This document shows, piece after piece, positions 36,830 through 49,735 of a DNA stretch of 64,000 bases; positions within the stretch are counted from its first letter, which is position 1; each line of letters opens with the position of its first letter. Below the pieces are notes generated by a model. It worked only from the letters and a program-made list of their open reading frames with translations. It was not told where the DNA came from and ran no database searches. Position numbers and translations under genes: made by a program. This stretch comes from Eukaryota sp. TZLM1-RC (lineage: Eukaryota > Protista > Metamonada: BaSk clade): contig JAUPSS010000014.1 of assembly GCA_040285825.1 (NCBI GenBank), positions 66,337-130,336 of the forward strand, read 5' to 3'.

Positions 36830-39200
36830 AATGAATGCAGACATAAGCTTGTTTTTCACCTCCTTCATTTGTTCCGCTCAAGATTTTAATATTGTCAACA
36901 GAGATTCGAGGGGGCTGAAATTTGTTCGAGCTGAGAAAAATTTGAATCCCCTATCCCGCTAACAAATGCAAGCAGTGTGTTTACGCAAGCTTGTTCACTT
37001 GTTGTTATCAAATGTAAACGCAGTCAAAGGAAAATGACTGCAAAACAGGGATCCATCGCAAAATTACTCTGTTTGTGTCAGGGCAGAAAAATAATTCCGA
37101 CAAGTTTTGACGGTTGTAAAATACTTTTTTTTTTATTATTTATTTTTATTCAACAACAAATATGAAATACACAATTAAAACTCCACATCCTCAAAACCTG
37201 CCTCCCCTACATCAAAACAATTAATCGCCAAAGATTCAGAAAATTTCCCAAAAGAAGATAGTGAATCAGAAATTAGTGTTACCATTCCCTTAAAAATAGA
37301 AAATACAATCCTGTTTTGCCAGTAAACACGATTGAAAATTCTTCCAGTTCTTTCCTTTACAACTACAACAAAATCCTCAAGGAAAGCCATAGCAGCCTTA
37401 CCTAGAGATCCAAGCAAAGAAAAAACAAATGGACATAAATTATATTGGGCATGAGAATTTTCATTAACCGAGGAAATGGGTTTCGCATATTTAGCAATTT
37501 TATATTTTTCGCCTGCAAGAAGAGGATTATTTACATCCGAGTTAATGAAATGTTTGTTAGAGGAATTACAAGGGTCAATAGACATGGCGTCCAAAATAGT
37601 AAAACTACCATTTAAACCAGGAACAACTAGATCACCTCTAGTCAGACCCATAGAAGCTCTGTTGTAACGCGTACTATCAATATTGGGATCATCAAGAATT
37701 AATTTTGATAACAGCGGTTCTAAAAAGGAATCTACACGATATGATTTGCACATTACATAAATTTGGTCCCTGACGTTATTATGCACTTTGCTTCTAAACG
37801 TAATGAAATGTTTACAGTTCAAAAGATGAGTAAACAAAAGAGGTTTACCACATTTACAAGTTAAATGATTGGGCAAATTGTTTGGCCACAGAAAACAACG
37901 AAAACGCATGTTTAGAAGCCATTCATTGTCTTTTTAACAAGAGTCCATAAACAGAGGGAACTTGAGTTACTAAAGCAGCAGCTGAACTATCACGAATATC
38001 CTTTAAAAAATTACCGAAAGCGGGATTTTTAGTTTTGGCCAAGCCAAGTCTTACTTCATAATCCAAGCCTTCATATAATTTAACCAGATGGTGCTGAAGC
38101 TTTTTCAAGCAAAAACGTAAATTTGGAAGTGATCGAGTGGGAATTTCTTGAACATTTTGAGGAAAACACTGAATCCAGATATCACTAGGCAAATTTTCTA
38201 ATTCAAATTGCAGTTGATTCAAGTAAAAATTTGATTCACCATTGATCAGATGAACAAAATAAAAAAAAATACTGTTAAATATCGAGTTTTCAAGTAAATG
38301 GCAAGATTCGGTTGGTTAAAAGTCATTACAATGGCGAAGAGTTCTTTTTGAATGGTAGACCAGCGTTGTTTTGTAGGCGACAGAATTCTTGAACAGAAAG
38401 ACAACGGAGCTACAATATTTTTTGAAAGGCAAGTTCCAAGTCCAGAGGGAGATAATTTTTTCCAAATGATTCCAACAATACCCATCTCAGAAGCGTCATT
38501 AGAGACAAAGTTTGGGGGCTCATTACCAAGCAGTTCTAAGAAGACGCTGTTACTTATCGTCTTTTTATTTTTATTACAAAATTCCATCTGTTGATTGGTT
38601 AAGGAAATTCTTCGTGGTTTCCCCACAGTTCTATAAGCGGGGCCAGTTGAGCGCTAATTGCGGGAAACTTGTCCCGAACAAAATTGATGACACCTACGAC
38701 GGAACGGAGTTCTGGATTTTAGTATGTACCTAACTCTTATTAAGCTTTCCAATTTCTGAGGGGCAAATTCTACGGGTGCCTTTCTCGAATATACTTTCAA
38801 GCACTAGAATGGGAAAGTGTTTTGTCTGGAATGCGCATTTATGGAGACCAATTCTTACTCGATATTCTCGTGCTCTCTAAAAGACATAGTCTAGAGGAAA
38901 TAAGAAGTCAGCTTTCTGGTCAGCGACAACGATTAACTTCATCTAAGTAAATGAGACTCATTCACAATCGAAAATTTCTTTTATGAGATTCTGAAAAATA
39001 ACAAGGACGTTCTCGAATCCAAAATAAACGTAGTTGAACTTTAATTTTTTTCTAAGAATTATTATAGCAGTACTTGGTTGGTCTTTTGGGCGTAAGTATA
39101 GTTGCCAGAAAGCTTTTGGCAAATCTAAAGTAGCAACAAAAACAGCAGAAGAAATTAAACACAAACCACTTAGTTTAGCACACCAGTAAAGATTTAGAGT
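36830..39200 (-). mobile_element. Decayed Ty3/gypsy pol fragment (RT-RNase H), interrupted by a CRE-like insertion
   Basis: ATLDLPKAFWQ (~39130) and NDASEMG..QKELFAIV..YLTVF (38246-38626). It continues beyond the insertion as VFYNRQNL..NRVILRWIPVLQSFSFD (from 37124 leftwards). Confidence 0.85.
37125..38265 (-). mobile_element. CRE-like RLE non-LTR retrotransposon, 5'-truncated, 7-bp TSD
   Basis: ORF 37175-37909 with CKC..HLLNC, RSKVH, RGDLV and KY motifs; poly(A) at ~37125. TSD AAAATAC at 37118-37124 and 38266-38272. Confidence 0.92.
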
Positions 39201-39700
39201 TCATTAGTGATGGCGTTATCATGAGCCAGTGAATTTAAATCATTATACTTCTATCCCATTACTGTTATTGTTGCTATAATTCTATATAAAAGTACTTGCT
39301 ACTGAAATACCTATATAGATTTGCTGATAAATATTGAAAGCATCAGCTTTGAATTGAACTGTTTATTCAATAATTTAACTACAGATAACATAGTTGACAT
39401 TTTCCGTTTTCGGATATATGCCTGAAAGATTTTCTTGGTTCCATGTCCAATGATATTACACATGACACTGTGGTTGAGAAAAAGAGATTCTATCAAGTGG
39501 GTTCAATTTCAAAACAAACAAATATTATTGTTAATATGTAAATAGTATTGAAGGTGTTGATAATGACAAAAACAGACAACTTGTTCTTAATTCATTCCCA
39601 TATAACATAATTAGAAGTAGTATTATTGAAGCCCCTGTTATGGATTCAAAATTGAAACAATCATGAAATAAGAGTGATTAAAAGTCAAAATAAGGAACTA

Positions 39701-41077
39701 ATGTTCACAATTCAATCTCATGCAGAAGCTTCTCAATGGATTCATTACTTGGCAGTTGGTTCTCGTGTCTTCTTCGTCATTCTGCTGGCAGGAGCTTCTT
39801 TTCTCCCCGTTTACGACAAATCGTCATTGTTAAACCAGCCACCAACCACGATCCTCTCCACCATTACCAATCATCTGGCCCCATTCTGTTCATGGGATGG
39901 GGAGCATTTCGCTTCGATCACCTCTTATGGCTACACTACTGAACAATCCTTTGCTTTCTTCCCTGGCTTTCCTATCTTTGTCCGGGCTTGTTCCTTTCTC
40001 TTTAAATTTGCCTACCGTTTCATTCCCCCTGAAATTGTCCACTGTGTTGTTGGTTCTGCTATTTCCAACTTTTGTTACGTTTTATTCATACGCTATTTGT
40101 TCACTGTGAACCAACTTGTACTTGGTCATTGGAGAAATGCTTACATAACTACTGTGTTATACATCTTTTTAAATCCTTCCAATGTCTTTTTTTCTGTAAA
40201 TTATTCCGAAAGTGTTTACAATCTGTTGTTTATTCTGGGCATTACCGGGTTTTTTGCAATCTCTATTGATCCAGCATCTTCAACGCAATCAATCAGATTA
40301 GTTCAATCAAATCTGATACCTACCCTTTCTGGAACATTGTTACTATTTTTAGCAACATTTGTGAAAAGTATGGGTATTTTTAACATTATTTTTGTTTTAT
40401 TTTCATTTCTACTTATGCATAACAAGAATTACTCAATGTTTTTCACTACTTTGATTTACTCAATTATTGCTATTTTCCCTTTTTTCTCGTTTCAATTATT
40501 TGCCTATTATCAATTGCCCTTTGAATTCAAACCAGATATTAAGGAATTTTATAAAATTTACAGCAAAATTCAAACTAAGTATTGGAATTTGGGTAAATTT
40601 ACTTTTTGGCATGTTGAACAACTTCCTAATTTTATTTTGGCATTTCCTTTTGTTTCGTTGTCTTTTGTTTCTATTGTATTGGTTTTTTCGCTGCACATAA
40701 CACAATTAATTAAGAAAAGGCGGTCAAAATTGAAACGTGTCAAGTCCAGAAAAGGTAAGACCTATCAAATTGGTCAACAGGAGTCAAGCGCAGACTCCCT
40801 CATCAAGAACACATTTGAAAGTTTTGGTCTTGCTTCTAATTTCACGATTCCATTCTTGGTTCATTTTGTTATTGTGCTTGGTTTTCTTCTAATTTTTGGC
40901 CATGTTCAAACAATTCCTCGATTGTTGAGTAACAATCCTTTGATTTATTGGGTTTTGGGTTATTTTTTGTCAAAAAAGGGAATTTTAAAATCAATAGGTT
41001 TAATTTTTTCTACCATTTTCGTTTTTCAATCTATTTTTGGTGCATTTTTGTTTTCCACTTTTAATCCTTATACCTAA
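39701..41077 (+). CDS. PIGV: GPI mannosyltransferase II (PIG-V/GPI18)
   Basis: WDGEHF..GYTTEQSFAFFPGFP, NPSNVFFS.NYSES, YSKIQTKYWNLG..QLPNFILA and HVQTIPRL; multi-TM. Confidence 0.92.
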   Translation: MFTIQSHAEASQWIHYLAVGSRVFFVILLAGASFLPVYDKSSLLNQPPTTILSTITNHLAPFCSWDGEHFASITSYGYTTEQSFAFFPGFPIFVRACSFLFKFAYRFIPPEIVHCVVGSAISNFCYVLFIRYLFTVNQLVLGHWRNAYITTVLYIFLNPSNVFFSVNYSESVYNLLFILGITGFFAISIDPASSTQSIRLVQSNLIPTLSGTLLLFLATFVKSMGIFNIIFVLFSFLLMHNKNYSMFFTTLIYSIIAIFPFFSFQLFAYYQLPFEFKPDIKEFYKIYSKIQTKYWNLGKFTFWHVEQLPNFILAFPFVSLSFVSIVLVFSLHITQLIKKRRSKLKRVKSRKGKTYQIGQQESSADSLIKNTFESFGLASNFTIPFLVHFVIVLGFLLIFGHVQTIPRLLSNNPLIYWVLGYFLSKKGILKSIGLIFSTIFVFQSIFGAFLFSTFNPYT

Positions 41078-41305
41078 TAAATAATTTGTTAGAAATGAAT
41101 TCAATCAATACGTTATCACTTGGGCACTTGGTAGTTGAATAACAATCAAATCATTCATCAAAACGGTGCTAAAAGAATAACTTGCTTGTATATTGAAAAT
41201 ACAGTTTTCTTGCAATCCAATAATAATCCTTAGTTGTAGAGCAATTTGAATTTTCAAGAAGAAAAAGTCAAATTTGGAATTAATTTATTAAATTTATACA
41301 GATAC

Positions 41306-42982
41306 TTAAACACATGGTTCTACCTTTTCCTTATAAAGTTGCATTGCTTCTTTATTCCAATCAACCTCTTCAACTCCCAGCAAGACAGATCGAATTCTAT
41401 TTTCACCATTATAGGTTTCATAAGTAATCTTGGTTCTACACAAAAAAGGAGTAAACTTTAATCGATCAATTAAGCTATCAAAAGCTTCTGGGTCTGATTG
41501 CTTTAATTGACCTATATCGGCAGCTGATTGATTGAAGATGACCTTCATGGGCTCATCAAAAGCAGTAGTGAATAACGTATCAGTTTCATCCTGAATCTGA
41601 ACTCTACAAGTAAATCTTGGCCTGAATTGGGTATTGGTATTACATTTACCACAGAATGCTTGGTCACCATTAATTTCCACCTTCTTATTACAAACTTGGC
41701 ATGCATTGTAATAGAAAGGGGCATCTGCATCCTTTGACATTGCTCTAATGTCGATAATTCTTCCAAAAATGGTAACAAATGCTGGCTGGTCAAGTCCTAA
41801 AGAATCTTCGTGAATCTTAGCAATGGAAACCCTTTGATTTGATTGATTAGGGTTTTGATTGGAGTTTCCTATTGAAGCTGATAGACTGGTAGTTTGATTA
41901 AGACCTGATAACGCCCACATTTGAAGTCCTCTTGACTCCTCAAGACTGCTGACGTCACCAAAAATTCTGGTTGAGGAAACCGTAGATAACGATTTCTGAT
42001 CTCTATAAGAGGTCACCTTTGCTCCTTTGATAACAATCACTTGCCCTTCTTGGAGGTCATTAACTGTATCAACATTCTTTCCCCAAACGGTCAAGTTGAG
42101 CTCACTGCCACCGTTTGACTGATCAGCAATGACACCATCCAATTTAGTTATTTCCTTGTTGAACTTGGTTGAAGTGACGGTACTTGGAGGATCTTTTCTT
42201 TTCAAAACAACCAAAACATCTACCACGTCCCCATCAGGTCGAGTGCTGACGTCATAAAGGTTCAAAAAGGGACCAGAAATCAAAGAAATTGAGCTGGTTT
42301 CCGGTCCATTGTATTCCTTGACAATAGATTCGCTTTTCAAACTAATTTCGTATTCATGTTTGGTAGTATTAAACCTTGAATCAGCAACCTTGACTGTGAA
42401 GTTTGATATGATTAACCCCTTTCCTTCCTGAACAATACCTTCCAAATTGGTAGCAACATCATTGAACCCTGCTACCTTGATTTCATCTCCATTCTTATCA
42501 GCTACACAGAATGAAAAGAGGGTTCCACTACCCCTGGCGTTGTTCCAGTGTCGTAATCCTGAAACGGAAGTGACTTTTACCAGGATGGATTGCTTGCCTC
42601 TAATGAAGTTGTTGAGGGCAGCAACTGGGACATGTGAGGATTGGGAAGAGGAGGGAGCAGTGTTGGTAGGGAGAGGTCTTGTTGGAAGAGAGGAAGTCGA
42701 GCGTTGAACAGGGATGAAAGACTTAATCATAATGATAGAGTTGTGCTGTTCAAGCTTGGTAAGGTTGATGTATGACCCTCTAGAGAGAGTGGACGCCTGA
42801 GGAATATCTTCGGAAGAGAAGAATGCTTTTGATTGACCGCTTCCATCTGAGATGGTACATGTCACTCCCTTTACAGGGCCATTGAGATGTTGAGTTGGTT
42901 GGTCAATAATTTCAACTATACAGGGAGTGGGTACCTTGGATGTCAAAGCAATAGACTTAAGGGCATTTGGTGTTAGAGACAT
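41306..42982 (-). CDS. RPA1: Replication protein A 70-kDa subunit
   Basis: Four OB folds: ISDG, WNNARGSGTLFSF, LTVWG, and a C-terminal C4 Zn motif YYNACQVCNKKV..CGKC. Confidence 0.95.
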   Translation of the reverse strand: MSLTPNALKSIALTSKVPTPCIVEIIDQPTQHLNGPVKGVTCTISDGSGQSKAFFSSEDIPQASTLSRGSYINLTKLEQHNSIIMIKSFIPVQRSTSSLPTRPLPTNTAPSSSQSSHVPVAALNNFIRGKQSILVKVTSVSGLRHWNNARGSGTLFSFCVADKNGDEIKVAGFNDVATNLEGIVQEGKGLIISNFTVKVADSRFNTTKHEYEISLKSESIVKEYNGPETSSISLISGPFLNLYDVSTRPDGDVVDVLVVLKRKDPPSTVTSTKFNKEITKLDGVIADQSNGGSELNLTVWGKNVDTVNDLQEGQVIVIKGAKVTSYRDQKSLSTVSSTRIFGDVSSLEESRGLQMWALSGLNQTTSLSASIGNSNQNPNQSNQRVSIAKIHEDSLGLDQPAFVTIFGRIIDIRAMSKDADAPFYYNACQVCNKKVEINGDQAFCGKCNTNTQFRPRFTCRVQIQDETDTLFTTAFDEPMKVIFNQSAADIGQLKQSDPEAFDSLIDRLKFTPFLCRTKITYETYNGENRIRSVLLGVEEVDWNKEAMQLYKEKVEPCV

Positions 42983-43059
42983 TGACTATTGGATATAATG
43001 CAGGATAGTAATATGATGTCTGCAACTGCTGAAGGATGTAGATGAATTGCAGTACAAAT

Positions 43060-45085
43060 TTCTTTTTTAACACAATTTTATTATTTAAAATCTATTTATT
43101 AAAAAACCTATAAATCAACATCTAAATAATCCATCTCTCCCAAAACAAAACAACTAGATGAAACACTCTCATAGTGAGATCCAAGAGAAAACAAAGCATC
43201 AGAAACCATCTTCAACATCCCCTTAAAAATAGAAAACACAATTCTATTTTGCCAAAACAATCTGTTGAAATTTCTGTTGGCTCTTCTTTTTACAATCATT
43301 TCAAAATCTTCCAAAAAAACGTATAGCCGTTGGAGCAAGTGAACCAAAAAGAGAAAACACAATGGATACAAATTGTATTTTGCATGCTGTTTTTCTTTAT
43401 TTTAACTTTCTTTATTCAAAAGAAATTGTTAAAAACTAAAAATAAATTGGATTCGATCTTGTAGGACTCAAACATACAATTGAGCTGAGCACGAATTGCA
43501 TCATGCACTTTTGATCTAAAAGCGATAAAACGATTACAATTAAATAAATGGGTTGGAGTGACAGTCTTTCCACATTTACAAATTAAACCATGAGGAAGAT
43601 TATCAAGCCCAATAAAAGATCGAAGACGCATAGATAATAAAAAGCAAAAATCATCTGGAAACAAACAATAAATTCTTAAAACTTGATTAATTAAACAAGA
43701 CGCAAAACTGTCACAAACATCCAGTAAAAAATTTGCAAAAGCGAATTATAAAATTATTTATATTTATTACTCATCATCGTTTTCTAGTCATTATCATTTT
43801 TTAACAACTATTTTAGTCAATGACAAACAGTTGTTCTTGTTCTGCTGAAATGTATCTCCTTATAGTTTTGCATTTTCATTTCAGTAGTTAGAATATTGAG
43901 AAGTTTACCAATCATTCCGTCTTATTGAGCAAACAATAATTTCCTCCAAAAAACAATGTTGTATAGCACCAATTTTCATTAAACGTTTTCCCAATCATCA
44001 GACAAGTTTATAATTGAAGATGAAGGAGCTGAACTCTTCAGAAGCTAGGTCGGTCTATAAAATTTCTCCGAATTTTTATTTTCAATACAAATAGAAAACT
44101 GATTGTTTTAAACAGCACTTATTTATTTAAAAACTTATAAATCAATATATAATTAATAGATCTCTCCCAAAACAAAACAACTAGATGTAACTCTCTGATA
44201 GTGAGATCCAAGAGAAAGCATAGCATCAGAAACCATCTTCAACATCCCCTTAAAAGCGAAAAACACAATTCTATTTTGCCAAAATATTCTGTTGAAATTT
44301 CTGTTGGTTTTTCTCTTTACAATCATTTCAAAATCTTCCAAAAAACGTATAGCCGTGGGAGCAAGTGAACCAAATAGAAAAAATACAAATGGATACAAAT
44401 TGTATTTTGCATGCTTTTGGGTGGACAATTTGTACAAAAGTTCATTGTATTTTTTGATTTTAAGATTTTCAGCATTTGAAAGAGGATTATGAATTTCAGA
44501 ATTAGCAAGCCTTTCATTTGAGACATTACAAGGATCAACGGACTTTACATCCACTAAAATGAAGGTTCCGTCTAATCCTGGTAATATGACATCACCTCTG
44601 TTATTCTTATGAAAATCATCATCATCATCATGAAACAGATTTGACAACAGAGGTTCCAAAAAAAATTCAATTCTATAAGACTTACACATACAATATAATT
44701 GGTCTCTAACTGCATTGTGAACCCTGCTTCTAAAAGTAATAAAATGTTTACAATTTAACAAATGAGTAATTGTAATTTTTCGAGAACATTTACAAATTAA
44801 ATTATGAGGTAAATTATCAGGCCAGATAAACGGACGAAATCTCATATTCAGAGTCCAGGCAGAATCAGTTAAGAGAGTACCATAAACATGAGGGATTGTT
44901 GTAACTAAGACAGAAGATGTACTATGACACATATCTTGTAAAGGATTTGCAAAAAGCGGGATTCGTTTTCTTGGCCAATCCATGTCTAACATCAAAATCC
45001 AAGCATTCCAAAATCTTTGACAATTTTTGTTGAAGCTTTTTACAGCAAAAGTGCAAATTAAAAAGAGATTGGTTTGGAATTTCTT
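43060..45085 (-). mobile_element. Composite of CRE-like fragments; duplicate of 18097-19990
   Basis: ORFs 43108-43371, 43416-43664 and 44153-44995 match 18068-18352, 18397-18645 and 19134-19831; the intervening spacer is also shared. Confidence 0.92.
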
Positions 45086-45883
45086 TATGCTATTTTATGA
45101 TCGAAATTGATGCGTATTCCCTGAAAAGACAGAAATTTTCACGGCAAATTGCATTGAAAGCAAATGTATCGTAAATAAAAGTAGGTAAGTAAGCGGTAGG
45201 TGTGATAACTGAAGCTTTATCTCGAAATCTTGCTTCAGTTGTATTCAGCAGGATAAGTGGAACAGAGAAAGAATCTTCTAGTCCTTTTCAACTTGCAAAT
45301 TGGCATGGAATATGGTGCTTTAGACCAAATATGGTTGCAGCCGATTGTAAATTATCAATTGCGAATGTGAACATTTTGTAATACAACACAAAATTTCAGT
45401 TTCAAACTTTAATCATAATTAAGTGTATTCTTTTTCTAGATTGATTGATTTCTGTACAACAAAATCTGTTACAAAATAATCAGAACATAAATTCGTGTAG
45501 ACTTAAACTGAAAAATGGTGAAACAATTTCTATTTGGAAACAACATGAATTTTCAAAGTTCGTTGTGGGTGTTGGGTGCTGGTTGCGTGCAAAAGAACCT
45601 GATGTTTTGACACTTACTATCTTGTTGCTTACTTGTTGCTGCAATCATACCAAACCCTTACCAGAGATATAACATTCTTGATGTGTGTTTTTCTTGTTTT
45701 TCACTTCACTGCTAATCAATAGTGCAATAGTTCAACAAACTAATTATTGGATGTCTTTTTAAATGATTGTTTGATCAATTCACTGAAGGTTAGCCATATT
45801 GGAGGAAAGTCTTTTATTCCATCTTTAAATGAGTGAAAAAATTAGTCTTTTTATTTGAAGATTTTCCTCTAAATTGACATTGA

Positions 45884-48800
45884 TCACATTGCATCACTAC
45901 CAAGATTCACTCTTTGAACTTCACCTTCATGTCCTTTACCATCAACAACTTCGCCTTCTGTTTTTTTAAAACAGTCACCTGTAGGATGGCTACCATCCAC
46001 CACTGTTGAAACACTTCCAACAAAACAAGGGGGTGTTCCGTGGCCATAGATACGAAGCCACAAAAGAGTCAGTAACGACCTAATGTAGTTATCTAGTTTG
46101 GGATTTGCAATCAATTTCCACATCAGTTCTGGGAATTTCACAAGCACTTCTGAACCTTCTTTTTCCCTAAACAGAGACATACAATCGTCAGATAATGGCT
46201 CCGTAAACCTTGGAGGAGGACTCTCCAATGAAGAGGTATAAGGATCAAGAACTGTTTGGTCATGTTGAATTAGTGGAGGAGGATGCAAAAGCTGACCAAG
46301 CAATTGTCTCCCAAATAACGAATCATTATCCGAAACAGCTACAGAAACCAGAAAAGGAACAATATAGAATGGATGTAGCTGTGATTTTAATTGGGAATTT
46401 TCCACATTAAAAACTGGTTTTTCTATTGGTGGGTTGAAATGATACATTAATGACACCAAACAAAACCCAGCAGTAACTCTGAGTTGTCGTGACGTGGCAG
46501 ATGTCAAAACCAAGGCTAATAATGACTTATAGAATTGACTAGACAGGACTGACAAATGTTTTCTAATTAATTGCATATAAACTTTCAAAACAGCACAAGA
46601 GACAATGCCGGCAAAAGAAGGCACAATCTCGTCAGCAGAAAGCAACTTATCCAAAACTTCCTTTAATTTCAGAGCTTGAACTTCCGTCGCTACATGTCTC
46701 GAAACTGTCCTTAGAATCGAACAGAAGTAGTGTGAGTTATCGGAAGCTGAAACGTCATCAACATATCTGTTCAAAAGGTCAAAACAAAGGTCAAAAACTT
46801 CGTCATTTGAGACTTTTAGCTTGTATAATGAATCAACAATTTCAATAAAAAATTCTACTAATTCTGGTTCACTGTTATAACTTGGTAATGGTAAAGGAAA
46901 AGAAAATTCATTAAACAAAGTCTCCCTTGCCAGTTTAATTAGCAAAAAACTAGCCTCTGCCACTTTCATTTGAGCCAAAAACCAAACAGCTGCCCTTCTG
47001 ACCACCAAGGGAACCTCTGAATAACTATCTTTGAATAAATGTTCAAGGCTGTCAGCAGCACAGTACTTAATCGTAAATGCAGAGGCAGGAGTATCAAGAT
47101 CACAAAGTCCTTGTAAAGCGGAGAGAGCATTGTGTAGATCAAATGGGGGACTTAACGAGTACTCAGAGAGCAACGTTGACCACATGTAAGGGTGTTGCTT
47201 CACTACTACCAACCCTGGTACTTCACTAGTGCGGTCGCAGTTGATTGCCATTACGGGCGTTTTTGCCAGCACATCACTTTCCTTTCCTTCATCATCAAAA
47301 ACTCTCCTTTTTCTTGGTCTTCGGTTTCTTGATCTAGCTTTAATCAAAAACAAGCTTAATTTACTACTCATTCCCGTAGTTCGATCTTGCTGAAAAGAAA
47401 CATTGATAGTCTCCTCAAATGATCCATCAGGTTCATAAACATTTACCACTAAAGGGCCAAAGAAAGGGGGAATTCCAACTCTGCAAAACTGTTTGAATCC
47501 CAACTCTGTTTGAATGGCCCTTCTATTATAAAAAAATTTAAAATGTAATTGTCCCAATCCTCTAGTATATATCCAATGGTTAATAAAAGTTGCTACGTCC
47601 ATATTGGAGTTATTCCTTATGAAATTCACAAATTCAATTTCATTTATAAAACTTTTTAATTGGCCAGAAATCGAATAGTAACTGTGGAAAGGGACAATCG
47701 GTGTGTTGGTCATAAAGCAAGAAACTTCTTCAATTGCATCATTTAAAAAAGATATAATTAATTTGGATAAAACTGAAAAACCAACAGATCTTCCCAAGTG
47801 ATTTGTAACTAAAAGTAGCTTTTTCCAATGGAAATAAGAATTCCGAAAACTATTACGAAACTCTAATCGACCAAGATGATTGAGTTCTTTGATTGATTGA
47901 CTGCCAATCAAATCATAATCAACTTGCTGGTGACCGGGAGGAGGGGGCGAAATCGACAATTGTAAAGGTGACTGATCAAAATGGTAGACTGAATATCTAT
48001 TTTTAAATTGAAAAAGTGTCGACTCGTCATTACCAACGAAATCAGGGAATAAGGTACTAAATAAGACAGAGACGAACAACGTACTGGTCCAAGAATCAAA
48101 TGAAGCAGAATTAGTAACAAAAGTGTCAAAAATACAGCTCAAAAAAGTCTTGAAAAGTCTTGACTCAGCCTTGACTTTCCTTGAAACTAAAGATAAAGGT
48201 CTTAGTGATTCTAAAGGAAGGACTACCACCCCTGAAAACCAAGTTCCATTATAAGGGGCAAAGGGGGAAAAACAAAACTTAATAAAAGGAATGGGTTTAA
48301 TTGTAGAAAAAACTTTTAATAATTCTGGTAATTTACTATTGTAAAAATTATTTAATAAACTGGTGGTATTCGATGATGAAAATGATGAGCAACTTCCAGA
48401 AAAAGAAACTGATTGAGATTGATTGATTGAATAGAGCTCACATGGGATCACCAAAGAATCATCGCTACTAATTTTTAAAAATTTACCAATAATTAAACCC
48501 AATTTCGAAGCAGTAGTTGGAATTGTTAATTCATAGAGATTTTTTTCCTTATTTAAGATTCCCGGACAAATAGCTGAATAATCATTAGGAAAGGATAGGT
48601 CAAAATCCCACGTTGGTCTGAATAAATAATGATCTACACAGGGAATAAAACACCTACCACTGCTAGAATCAACTCCTTCAGAAATAAATGAAAATAAATC
48701 AGAATTAAAGAAAAAATTGGAATCAAAGAAAACTGTAATGGTAAATGTCTTGAACTCAGACTTTTTAAATTTCTTCTCTGCCGCCTTTGTCTTTCTTCTC

Positions 48801-49201
48801 TTCAAAGTCAACTTTAACGCGTCCTTCTTAGTAAGTGAAGCAAAAGAAAACTCCGAGGGAGAGGGTAAAAAAATAGTGAGTTCAGCATGGTTAGATTGTG
48901 AGGCCGAATAGGAAGAAAGAGAAGAAGATATGGCATGAAAGTCACGACGAGAAGGACCAAGATCGAGCAAAGATGGTATTGGGGAGTGTGTGAAGGAAAC
49001 ATCAATATTGTTGACAAGAACTTTTGATATTGACATCTTTTGTGCATTCAAGAATAGGACGGGTCTGTTGTTGTAAACATCAGGGGTGATGGACGTTGGC
49101 ACAGCAGTAATTGTGGTATATCCTGAATATGTTTTAGATTCAAAGTCGAACGATAGATTGACATATTGATGTTGAACAAAAAATGGAGGGTTGAGTTGCA
49201 T
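45884..49201 (-). CDS. TAF2: TFIID subunit 2 (TAF2; inactive M1-aminopeptidase fold)
   Basis: HQYVNL..YSGYTTI, LFLNAQKMSISKV, CFIPCVD..RPTWDF and FINHWIYTRG..FFYNRR..ELGFKQ..GPLVVNVYEPDGSFEE. Likely start MQLNPP at 49201. Confidence 0.85.
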   Translation of the reverse strand: MQLNPPFFVQHQYVNLSFDFESKTYSGYTTITAVPTSITPDVYNNRPVLFLNAQKMSISKVLVNNIDVSFTHSPIPSLLDLGPSRRDFHAISSSLSSYSASQSNHAELTIFLPSPSEFSFASLTKKDALKLTLKRRKTKAAEKKFKKSEFKTFTITVFFDSNFFFNSDLFSFISEGVDSSSGRCFIPCVDHYLFRPTWDFDLSFPNDYSAICPGILNKEKNLYELTIPTTASKLGLIIGKFLKISSDDSLVIPCELYSINQSQSVSFSGSCSSFSSSNTTSLLNNFYNSKLPELLKVFSTIKPIPFIKFCFSPFAPYNGTWFSGVVVLPLESLRPLSLVSRKVKAESRLFKTFLSCIFDTFVTNSASFDSWTSTLFVSVLFSTLFPDFVGNDESTLFQFKNRYSVYHFDQSPLQLSISPPPPGHQQVDYDLIGSQSIKELNHLGRLEFRNSFRNSYFHWKKLLLVTNHLGRSVGFSVLSKLIISFLNDAIEEVSCFMTNTPIVPFHSYYSISGQLKSFINEIEFVNFIRNNSNMDVATFINHWIYTRGLGQLHFKFFYNRRAIQTELGFKQFCRVGIPPFFGPLVVNVYEPDGSFEETINVSFQQDRTTGMSSKLSLFLIKARSRNRRPRKRRVFDDEGKESDVLAKTPVMAINCDRTSEVPGLVVVKQHPYMWSTLLSEYSLSPPFDLHNALSALQGLCDLDTPASAFTIKYCAADSLEHLFKDSYSEVPLVVRRAAVWFLAQMKVAEASFLLIKLARETLFNEFSFPLPLPSYNSEPELVEFFIEIVDSLYKLKVSNDEVFDLCFDLLNRYVDDVSASDNSHYFCSILRTVSRHVATEVQALKLKEVLDKLLSADEIVPSFAGIVSCAVLKVYMQLIRKHLSVLSSQFYKSLLALVLTSATSRQLRVTAGFCLVSLMYHFNPPIEKPVFNVENSQLKSQLHPFYIVPFLVSVAVSDNDSLFGRQLLGQLLHPPPLIQHDQTVLDPYTSSLESPPPRFTEPLSDDCMSLFREKEGSEVLVKFPELMWKLIANPKLDNYIRSLLTLLWLRIYGHGTPPCFVGSVSTVVDGSHPTGDCFKKTEGEVVDGKGHEGEVQRVNLGSDAM

Positions 49202-49735
49202 TGAGCCAATCAAAACGTGGGAATCGGTTGAAATAAGGAAAAAAAGGTTGAAATGATTCAAAAACAGCAGTTGAAGGTTGATTCAAGGTTTGATCATCAA
49301 CTTTTGAAAAGCACTATTTAAGTTACTACATTGAATCTTTACTCACTTGACGAATTCAAAACTGTTACTAGTACATCAAAGGTAGGGACTGGTTGTCGTT
49401 AATGAAGCTGTTGACAATTGCAAGTGATTAACCTTCATAATTCTAATCATAAACTATTTCTATTACAAAATGTGTTTCAAATTCAATGCAACTTGCCTTC
49501 TATCTTTGATAGATTTTAAGGTTAGAATTGAGGGAATTTAACTTTATGCAATCAATTCATTGATGTTTTGAATGAACTGTATATAATTAAATGTGATTAA
49601 AAATTAGATCGAGCTTTATCTATAAAGAAGTCTACAAAAAATAGAAAAAAATAGATGATTTTAACTTAAAAAAAGATAGAATTACAAAATTTTTCAGAAC
49701 AATTACCATTAAATATAATAAAAACATAGTATGCA

